Positions 38,476 to 45,557 of a stretch of 53,894 nt of DNA are shown one piece after another (position 1 is the first letter of the stretch; every line of letters starts with the position of its first letter). The notes below the pieces were generated by a model. It searched no databases and was not told where the DNA came from. It saw only the letters and a list, made by a program, of their open reading frames with translations. Origin of the DNA: Parcubacteria group bacterium Athens0714_16 (lineage in GTDB: Bacteria; Patescibacteriota; Minisyncoccia; Phycocordibacterales; 21-14-all-36-13); contig VMGX01000001.1 of the NCBI GenBank assembly GCA_007376805.1, forward strand, positions 136,461 through 190,354. Reading direction: 5' to 3'. The translations under genes and the position numbers were made by a program.

Positions 38476-39159
38476 TTATTTTTCTGGAACAATAACAACA
38501 AATTCCCCCTTTATTTTGTCCAGATTTTGTTCAAAATATTTCAATAATTCTTCTCCTGTTCCCGAAATTATTTGTTCATAAATTTTTGTTAGTTCACGAG
38601 CTAAAATAATTTTACGTTCATTACCTAAATGTTGTTTTAAAGATTCTAGCGTTTTTAAAATACGATGCGGGGATTCATAAAACGCAACTGTTCTTTTTGA
38701 TTCTGAGATTTCTTTAAACAATGTTTCTCTTCCTTTTTTGTGTGGTAGAAATCCCAAAAATAAAAAATCTGATGCAGGAACACCTGCGCCAGAAAGAGCT
38801 GAGATAACTGCGCTTGGTCCGGGTATTGGAATAATTTGTATATCTTCTAAAAATTTTTCTTTAATTTTCGAAACAAGGAGTGAACCGGGGTCAGAAATAC
38901 ACGGCGTCCCTGCATCAGAAACAAGCGCCAATATTTTTCCTTCATCAATTAAATCTAAAATCTTATCAATTTTTGCCAACTTACTTTGAGAATGATAACT
39001 CATTGTTGGAGTTTTGATTTCGTATTTATCAAGTAGTTTTTTAGTAACCCTTGTGTCTTCACACAAAACCAAATCAACCTCTTTTAGTATACGAATCGCT
39101 CTAAGAGTTATATCCTCAAGATTTCCTATTGGTGTGGCTATCACATAAAATTGTTTCAT
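38476..39159 (-). CDS. rsmI: 16S rRNA (cytidine1402-2'-O)-methyltransferase
   Basis: FYVIATPIGNLEDITLRAIRILKEVDLVLCEDTRVTKKLL ... SDAGTPCISDPG is the typical RsmI/tetrapyrrole-methylase-fold N-terminus. Confidence 0.85.
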   Translation of the reverse strand: MKQFYVIATPIGNLEDITLRAIRILKEVDLVLCEDTRVTKKLLDKYEIKTPTMSYHSQSKLAKIDKILDLIDEGKILALVSDAGTPCISDPGSLLVSKIKEKFLEDIQIIPIPGPSAVISALSGAGVPASDFLFLGFLPHKKGRETLFKEISESKRTVAFYESPHRILKTLESLKQHLGNERKIILARELTKIYEQIISGTGEELLKYFEQNLDKIKGEFVVIVPEK

Positions 39160-39222
39160 TGTCTTTTAATATAACATTTTAAAATAGTTTTGATAAATTA
39201 TGAAATATAAATAAAAAAATTA

Positions 39223-39241
39223 CCACGGAATAAATCCGTGG
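39223..39241 (-). terminator. Rho-independent terminator
   Basis: On the minus strand, CCACGGATTTATTCCGTGG is followed by TAATTTTTTTAT. It lies after the stop of 39248-39499. Confidence 0.65.
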
Positions 39242-39247
39242 CAAAAA

Positions 39248-39499
39248 TTATTTTTTAGATAAACGCTTGTAAAAAATATTAGCTGCGTAATCTTCTTCAC
39301 CGGGTGAACATTTTTGAATCAAAAATTTTCCTAGTTTATATTTTTTTGATCCAAAAATATAAGCAGAGTCATAACTTTCAAAATCTCCACGCACCCTATT
39401 CCCAAATATGAGAAGATACCTACCGTTGTATTTTTTGACAAGTTTCGTCTGGTTTCTAAGATAAAATTCAAATTCTATCTTTAAAGCATTTCGTGCCAT
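39248..39499 (-). CDS. Small hypothetical protein (83 aa)
   Basis: ATG preceded by GGAGG (39504-39508) at 4-nt spacing. It has its own terminator. No family was recognised with confidence. Confidence 0.5.
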   Translation of the reverse strand: MARNALKIEFEFYLRNQTKLVKKYNGRYLLIFGNRVRGDFESYDSAYIFGSKKYKLGKFLIQKCSPGEEDYAANIFYKRLSKK

Positions 39500-39650
39500 T
39501 TTTCCTCCTCAGAAATTGTGGTTTTTAAAAAAATAAATTCAAAATTTGAAATAACCTACCATCTGAAATAGAATGGTATACTTATATTTTATTTTAATCA
39601 AGTTTTTAAAACATTAGTACCTGCCGTTGTTTCTATTCTAATATACAACA

Positions 39651-39677
39651 ATTCGTTTGAGTCGTTCTGGTATATGC
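39651..39677 (-). repeat. 27-nt exact copy of the 3' end of alr (direct repeat partner of 40767-40793)
   Basis: ATTCGTTTGAGTCGTTCTGGTATATGC occurs at both positions. Here it encodes ...HIPERLKRIVVY* with no upstream alr-like frame. Confidence 0.8.
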
Positions 39678-39963
39678 TTTATTCCACAACTGATTGGAAT
39701 GAATTAATTAATGTTCTGGAAGAAAATTCTATTGTTTCGGAGGGTAATTCCGTACATACACTGATTGTTTAATGCAAAAAAGAGCGAATTTATATTCGCT
39801 CTTTCTTTTATTTTTATCTCAACTATTCAATTATTTAATTAAATTAGAAAATCGTTTCCTTATTCTCTTATTCGCACGAATAAGAGAATAGATTATTTTT
39901 ATGATTTAGTGATTTAGTGATTTCCTATCGATGTGGCAATAATATAAAATTTGATCATATTTT

Positions 39964-40737
39964 TTAGTTTTTATCATCTGCCAAAAACTCATATATACAA
40001 ATCGTAGCGGGAACAGCAAAAATTAAAAACAAAAATTCCTCAAGTGCAAACCCAACTCCAAATATTTCTACCCAACCTATATTCATTCCTTTTACAAATC
40101 TCCAATGCCCCAGGTGAACCGCAAGTACTTCATAAATAACGGAAACAAAGAAAAACCAGAATCCTTGAATGGAAATTTTTTTAATCAAAGAAGGATAATT
40201 CCAACACATCAAAATTATTGGGATGAGAAAAAATATTATTAAACCTACAATATAAAAATTCTTAATTACCAATAATTCTCTATTTGTAATGTATATAAAA
40301 GAAAAAAGAAAAATTAATAAAATTGATGCATAAACCCAAAATTTTAAATTTTTTGATATTTTTGTTTTATTTTTGTCTTTGTCAAAAAAATATTCATAAA
40401 AAATAGTTATAAAATAGAAGTAGATGAACCCCCAAATAAAAATATCTAACGGATATGCATTAAGAATTGTTATCCCCAAAGAACCATTTTCATACCAACA
40501 ACCACTCACATTGCATATATAATCAAACACAAATGCCATAGGAAAAGAAAAGGCGATTGAAAATAACGCTGATTTTTTTATGGAGGTTTTTAGCTTAAAT
40601 GATAAGAAAACAGAAGGAATACCAAAAAGTAATATCACGGTTTCAAGATACCCGAGTTTAAATTGATAAACAACAAAAGTAAAAAATAAAAATGCTAATG
40701 TAATATAAAATAAATCTTTCTTTTTTTCTTTGTTCAT
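39964..40737 (-). CDS. Polytopic membrane protein, possibly lycopene-cyclase-domain family
   Basis: About 7 TM segments. Two half-domain motifs resemble the CrtYc/Yd-type domain (YPLDIFIWGFIYF ... ALEEFLFLIFAVP). Low-confidence family call. Confidence 0.45.
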   Translation of the reverse strand: MNKEKKKDLFYITLAFLFFTFVVYQFKLGYLETVILLFGIPSVFLSFKLKTSIKKSALFSIAFSFPMAFVFDYICNVSGCWYENGSLGITILNAYPLDIFIWGFIYFYFITIFYEYFFDKDKNKTKISKNLKFWVYASILLIFLFSFIYITNRELLVIKNFYIVGLIIFFLIPIILMCWNYPSLIKKISIQGFWFFFVSVIYEVLAVHLGHWRFVKGMNIGWVEIFGVGFALEEFLFLIFAVPATICIYEFLADDKN

Positions 40738-40756
40738 TTTTTAATACTCATTTAAA

Positions 40757-41893
40757 TTATATCACGATTCGTTTGAGTCGTTCTGGTATATGCACTAAAA
40801 TTTCATAAGGAATAGTAGCACATTTTTGAGCGATTTTTATAACAGAATTTTCATCTGCACTTTTAGAACTTATGATTACAACTTCGTCTCCTATTTTTAC
40901 TTGTTCAATATCTGAAACATCAATCGTTGTTATGTTCATACTAACCATGCCTAAAATTGGACAAAATTTGTTTTGAATTTTTAAAAAACCATTATTTGAA
41001 AGTCGTCTATCAACTCCTTCATAATACCCAACTGGGACTGTTGCAATTTTCATATTTTTTTCTGCTGTAAATGTTGTGTTGTATCCTATTTTATCGCCTT
41101 TTTTTATTTCTTTAATTGAACTAATTACTGATTTCATTTCTAAAACTGGTTTTAAATTTAATCTATCATCTAAACTTGTATTTATTCCATATAGTCCTAT
41201 TCCCAATCTCATTAAATTCGCATTTACACTATCTGCAAATAAACTACCCGCTGTTGCTGATATGTGATAATAGATTGTTTCTGGAAAATTTTTCTTCCAA
41301 ATTTCAACTAGATTGTTCCATTTTTCGATCTGGTTTGTTGTGAAATCAGAATCATCGCCGTCTGCATCCGCAAAATGTGAACATATTCCTTCAATAAAAA
41401 TATTTTTATTATTTTTTATTAGAATGATTGTTTTTTCTATTTCTTTATCCAAAATACCGTTTCTGTGCATTCCTGTATCAAATTTTATGTGAAAATTTGT
41501 TTTTGTTTTTAAATTTTTAGATATATTTTCTAATTGTTCGAGAGAACCGATGGTGAAAGCAATATTTTTTAATTTATTATTTAAAATATTTTCTTCTAAT
41601 GAATAACCTATTATTAAAATTTCGGATTTTATTCCTTCGTTTCTTAAAATCATTGCTTCATAAAATGAATCGACAACAAGAAAAGGAATGCTTTCTGTAT
41701 CTAAAATTTTTGCGATTTCAATAAGCCCATGCCCATAGGCATTACTTTTTAAAACTGGAGCGACGTCAACTTTTGTATTCAGTTTTCTAAATTCATTTAA
41801 ATTATGAAGAAGATTTTCTTTATATATAAAAACCTCAACAAGTGATTTGTATCTAAATCTCTTTTCTCTTATTTTTCTGAATAGTTTTCTCAT
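40757..41893 (-). CDS. alr: Alanine racemase
   Basis: PLP-lysine block APVLKSNAYGHGL and C-terminal PVGYYEGVDRRLSN; about 378 aa. Confidence 0.85.
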   Translation of the reverse strand: MRKLFRKIREKRFRYKSLVEVFIYKENLLHNLNEFRKLNTKVDVAPVLKSNAYGHGLIEIAKILDTESIPFLVVDSFYEAMILRNEGIKSEILIIGYSLEENILNNKLKNIAFTIGSLEQLENISKNLKTKTNFHIKFDTGMHRNGILDKEIEKTIILIKNNKNIFIEGICSHFADADGDDSDFTTNQIEKWNNLVEIWKKNFPETIYYHISATAGSLFADSVNANLMRLGIGLYGINTSLDDRLNLKPVLEMKSVISSIKEIKKGDKIGYNTTFTAEKNMKIATVPVGYYEGVDRRLSNNGFLKIQNKFCPILGMVSMNITTIDVSDIEQVKIGDEVVIISSKSADENSVIKIAQKCATIPYEILVHIPERLKRIVI

Positions 41894-41912
41894 TGTGCGC
41901 GTGCCAGGACTC
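41893..41912 (-). repeat. 20-nt exact copy of the tRNA-Ile 3' end abutting the alr start codon
   Basis: TTGTGCGCGTGCCAGGACTC at 41893-41912 is identical to 42032-42051. The latter covers the tRNA-Ile T-arm/acceptor 3' strand plus 3 nt of trailer. Confidence 0.8.
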
Positions 41913-42034
41913 TCGAGCTACGCTCGCTGGTGATTTTCCCGTTTTGTTAAAACAAAACATGGAAAATCCTTTCTCGTCCTGAACGAAAGCAAAGCAGTTT
42001 GCTTTCTCACTTGCACAACTCACTTTGTTCGTTG

Positions 42035-42108
42035 TGCGCGTGCCAGGACTCGAACCTGGGACCTCAGTCTTATCAGGACTGCGCTCTAACCACCTGAGCT
42101 ACACGCGC
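42035..42108 (-). tRNA. tRNA-Ile (anticodon GAU)
   Basis: Minus-strand sequence GCGCGTG-TA-GCTC-AGGTGGTTA-GAGC-G-CAGTC-CTGATAA-GACTG-AGGTC-CCAGG-TTCGAGT-CCTGG-CACGCGC-A folds as a canonical cloverleaf. CCA is not encoded. Confidence 0.92.
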
Positions 42109-42205
42109 GTTTCTTTTGCGTGTAGCGAAGGTAATAACACCTGCCTGTCCGCCTCTGACGGAAGCTACACGCGCATTTCTTTGTTTAGAACAATAAAAAT
42201 ATACC

Positions 42206-42233
42206 AAAAAACTCGCCCCATGGCGAGTTTTTT
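42206..42233. terminator. Bidirectional-looking terminator hairpin between 16S and tRNA-Ile
   Basis: AAAAAA-CTCGCC-CCAT-GGCGAG-TTTTTT is a GC stem flanked by an A-run and a T-run. Confidence 0.55.
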
Positions 42234-42656
42234 GATTACTTCTACTGTTCACTCTACTCCACGATAACAGAATAGAGTGGATACTTATTTTTTATTTAAA
42301 CACAAAAACCACCATTACAGCGGTTTCTAATTTTTTCTAATTTCATTAGAAATTAGAAATTAGTTATTGGACATTTCAAATTTAAAACTTCGTTTTAAAT
42401 TTGGTAATTACCCTCTCTTTTGTTTCGTTCAACTATCAGTTTCGTATATCTGACCAAACGGATGTACTTTAGGATAGGACATCAGTACCCTTTCTGTTTG
42501 TATGTTTGTCCACTTAGAGCGGAAAACACAGAAAATCAACCCTTTAATTTTATCTCCTTGAGAGAGATAAAAGTTTTTTTTTAAAATAATCCACGACCAC
42601 CTTCCGGTAGCCGTACCTTGTTACGACTTACTCCCTGTCACCGAATTTACCTTAGG

Positions 42657-42762
42657 CCCAGCACCACTTTTCTAAACTTTTCGTTAAACGATAGCTGTAT
42701 ATAAAAATTTTTTAAAAATTAAAAAAATTATATTAGCTTGCGTTTCGAAAAGTGGTGCTGGG
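42657..42762 (-). other. AT-rich expansion at the tip of 16S helix 44
   Basis: A perfect 16-bp closing stem (CCCAGCACCACTTTTC / GAAAAGTGGTGCTGGG) encloses about 74 nt of very AT-rich sequence. Confidence 0.7.
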
Positions 42763-42835
42763 ACTTCGGGTACCCCCGGCTCCCTTGAGTTGACGGGCGG
42801 TGAGTACAAGGCTCGAGAACGTATTCACCGCAGTA

Positions 42836-42871
<36 letters not shown>

Positions 42872-43024
42872 AGGTCGAGTTGCAGACCTCAATCCGAACT
42901 AGGACCGATTTTTAGGATTGGCTCAGGATTGCTCCGTCGCGACCTATTGTATCGGCCATTGTATTACGTGTGTAGCCCAGGGCATCAAAGGGACATGCTG
43001 ACCTGGCGTCATCCTCTCCTTCCT

Positions 43025-43225
43025 CCCAGCCCCAAAAGTACTTCGCTTCGCTAGTACTTAAAATTTAAAATTAAAAAATCAAAGTTTAAAGTTGTCATGT
43101 CCGCCGAAGGCGGACAAACTATTTTGATTGTAAATTTTTCAAAAAAAATTTACTCAACAATTTTGCATTTTGAGATTTACATTTTGCATTTAAGTATTTA
43201 CGAAGTAAATACGCTTGGGGCTGGG
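43025..43225 (-). other. Insertion of about 173 nt in the 16S helix 40 loop (E. coli ~1165)
   Basis: GAGACTGCCCAGCCCCAA ... TTGGGGCTGGGAGGAAGG brackets AT-rich sequence with one GC hairpin (GTCCGCC-GAAG-GCGGAC, 43099-43115). The equivalent E. coli loop is only a few nt. Confidence 0.75.
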
Positions 43226-43561
43226 CAGTCTCGTCTGAAATTTATAACAGACAACAAGGGTTGCGTTCGTTTCCCTACTTAAAGGAACAGCTCAAGCCAC
43301 GAACTGACGACGGCCATGCATCACCTGCCTATTCGTTTAGATTTTCTGTTTCCAGAAAAACATAAAATAGGTTTCAAGCCCTGGTGAGGTTCTTCGGTTA
43401 GTATCGAATTAAACCACATAATCCACCGCTTGTGCGAGCCCCCGTCTATTTCTTTGAGTTTTAACCTTGCGATCGTACTACCCAGGCGGTTCTCTTAATG
43501 CGTTAGCTACGCCTCCCAGAGGGTCGATACTCCGGAAAGCTAGAGAACAACGTTTACGGCG

Positions 43562-43592
<31 letters not shown>

Positions 43593-44140
43593 CCCCACGC
43601 TTTCGTGTTTCAGTGTCAGGAAATGTGCTAGTTTATTGCCTTCGCTTTTGGTGTTCCCCATAATATCAACGGATTTCACCCCTACACTATGAGTTCCATA
43701 AACCCTTCACACCCTCTAGTTGTACCGTTTCTCTTGCGTCTCTTCGGTTAAGCCGAAGGTTTTGACAAAAGACTAATACAACCACCTACACACCCTTTAC
43801 GCCCAATAATTCCGGATAACGCTTGGGGCCTCTGTATTACCGCTCCTGCTGGCACAGAGTTAGGAGCCCCTTATTCATGAGGTAACGTCAATAATTTCCT
43901 CCCTCATAAAAGATCTTTACGTCCCTAAGGACTTCATCAATCACGCGATGTCGCTCCGTCAGGCTTTCGCCCATTGCGGAAGATTCTCGACTGCTGCCAC
44001 CCGTAGGTGTATGGACCGTGTCGCAGTTCCACCGGTGGAGGTCAGGCTCTCACCTCTCCTAGACGTCATAGCCTTGGTAAGCTTTTACCTTACCAACTAG
44101 CTGATATCCCGCAGGCCGATCCCAAAGCGATAAATCTTTA

Positions 44141-44193
44141 CTGAATTCTGCTTTTTAAATTTTTAAATAAAAAATCCAAAAAGCAGAATTCAG
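44141..44193 (-). other. Extended hairpin in the 16S V2 region (helix 10)
   Basis: A perfect 16-bp stem (CTGAATTCTGCTTTTT / AAAAAGCAGAATTCAG) with an AT-only loop, at a position where most 16S have a hairpin of about 12 nt. Confidence 0.65.
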
Positions 44194-44562
44194 ACCATCA
44201 GGTATTATCCCGCCTTTCGACGGGTTATCCCTGACTTTGGGGGTCGTTCCTACGTGTTACTACCTCGTTTGCCGTGGGTCTAAACCCACTCGACTTGCAT
44301 GCCTAATCCACATCGCCAGCGTTCATCCTGAGCTAGAATCAAACTCTAATTTAAATACCTTGCGAAATTGGGCAAGCCCAAAATTCCAAGATAAAGTTGA
44401 ACGAAACAAAAGAATTGATAATTTCCGTCCGAGACGGATCCGCCCCTGGCGGACAATTTTCTTGCTTCAAAATATTTCTAAAAAATAGACAGGTTTCTAT
44501 ATTCTTATTTCAAGGTTCTCATACTTCGGGCAACAAAAAAGCCACCTTTCAGTAAGGATGTA

Positions 44563-44590
44563 ATTATATACATTCCATTTCAAAAGTCAA
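44563..44590 (-). promoter_or_regulatory. Candidate sigma70-type promoter for the 16S gene
   Basis: On the minus strand, TTGACT (44585-44590), a 16-nt spacer, then TATAAT (44563-44568), about 210 nt upstream of the 16S 5' end. Confidence 0.45.
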
Positions 44591-44688
44591 AGGAATTTGA
44601 AATGAAAACTCAAATCTCAAAACTTAGATCTCAAAACCACAACTAAAAACTAAAAATTGAAAACATCACCTAAAATAAGGACAAAAAC

Positions 44689-44763
44689 AAATTTGACAAA
44701 ATTATTGAATAATATATAATATATAAGAAAATTAGTTCAATAATAATTTAATTTCTTTGGAGG
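44689..44763 (+). promoter_or_regulatory. Promoter + leader cassette (TTGACA-16 nt-TATAAT, GGAGG SD), copy 2
   Basis: TTGACA at 44693-44698, TATAAT at 44715-44720 and GGAGG at 44759-44763. The stretch 44689-44746 is near-identical to the reverse complement of 36611-36664. Confidence 0.6.
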
Positions 44764-44768
44764 AAAAA

Positions 44769-45275
44769 ATGAGAGTATTAAGAAATATTCAATCCATTTT
44801 GGGTTATAGGGTTTATAAAAATAACTCCGAATTTTTTATTTTGTCTTTTGTTGGTGGAACTTTATTGGTTGGTATATCTACATCTTCATTGTCATCTGGT
44901 TTTTCTTTTTATCCATTGCTACTGTTATTGCTCGGTGTAACATTATATTTTTCTTTTCTCGTCGGGATAAACAATGTGTCCCCCCAAAAAAACTGGCGTG
45001 TTGCGATTTTGAAAGCAACCCAAACACGGGAGAAATTTAATGTCCTTGGTTCGTGGGTGAGTAATGAAGTTTTTTCAAAATTTTCTGTTTTGATAATTGA
45101 AACACAGTTATCAAAAAACCCTGAAAAACTGAATGAGTTTATTCAAAAGGTCCAAAAATGCGACCAGATGAAAAAAACTCAAAAAGAAAAAAGGGAGTTA
45201 CTAAAAAAACTTCCTGATGAGATAAACAAACTTGATACGGAAATTTATCTCTTAGAAAATTCTTTACTTCCATGA
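44769..45275 (+). CDS. Hypothetical membrane protein with C-terminal coiled-coil-like region (ORFan)
   Basis: The ATG at 44769 lies 5 nt after GGAGG; the ORF-track TTG at 44757 falls inside the SD. Two TM segments. Followed by two terminator hairpins. Confidence 0.6.
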   Translation: MRVLRNIQSILGYRVYKNNSEFFILSFVGGTLLVGISTSSLSSGFSFYPLLLLLLGVTLYFSFLVGINNVSPQKNWRVAILKATQTREKFNVLGSWVSNEVFSKFSVLIIETQLSKNPEKLNEFIQKVQKCDQMKKTQKEKRELLKKLPDEINKLDTEIYLLENSLLP

Positions 45276-45284
45276 GTTTCAACA

Positions 45285-45311
45285 AAACCCCGACATTCGT
45301 CGGGGTTTTTA
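45285..45311 (+). terminator. Rho-independent terminator
   Basis: CCCCGAC-ATTC-GTCGGGG followed by TTTTTATTTT. Confidence 0.8.
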
Positions 45312-45328
45312 TTTTATTTTATTTTCAG

Positions 45329-45368
45329 CTCTACACTCTATTCTGCGATAGCAGAATAGAGTGTAGAG
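45329..45368 (+). terminator. 18-bp perfect hairpin with GATA tetraloop + T-run (member of a hairpin family)
   Basis: CTCTACACTCTATTCTGC-GATA-GCAGAATAGAGTGTAGAG followed by TTTTGTTTTTTT. A related copy lies at 42250-42279. Confidence 0.6.
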
Positions 45369-45480
45369 TTTTGTTTTTTTAATTTTAATTTTAATTTTTA
45401 TTTTTTTATGGTCGCCATATTTTAATTATTTAATAAGAAACCACATCTACGCCATGGCGTAGATGTGGTTTTATAGTTTT

Positions 45481-45557
45481 ATTGCTTTATTGCTTTATTG
45501 TTTTCTTGTTTTAGTGTTTTTATGATTTAGTGATTTGGTGATTTAGTGATTTGGTAA
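45481..45557 (-). repeat. 8-nt periodic array (about 10 units; minus strand AAATCACT/AAATCACC ... AAAGCAAT)
   Basis: Plus strand: ATTGCTTT ATTGCTTT ATTGTTTT CTTGTTTT AGTGTTTT TATGATTT AGTGATTT GGTGATTT AGTGATTT GGTAATT. It starts right after the stop of the 45558-46136 gene. Confidence 0.7.

Noticed and set aside
39641-39760. This might be an alr pseudogene fragment.
   Set aside because: Only the 27-nt repeat (9 codons) matches alr. Translation upstream of it in all frames shows stops and no alanine-racemase motifs. It is better described as a direct repeat than as a decayed gene copy.
41913-42031. A second tRNA (for example tRNA-Ala) or a T-box leader might lie between tRNA-Ile and alr.
   Set aside because: No cloverleaf can be folded; only two simple hairpins and a deleted tRNA-like remnant are there. 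No T-box consensus (AANNNGGGTGGNACCGCG-like) or specifier-loop architecture was seen.
42025-42267. An 80-aa ORF overlaps tRNA-Ile.
   Set aside because: It is the antisense reading of a canonical tRNA and the GC-rich spacer hairpins, with no coding signal.
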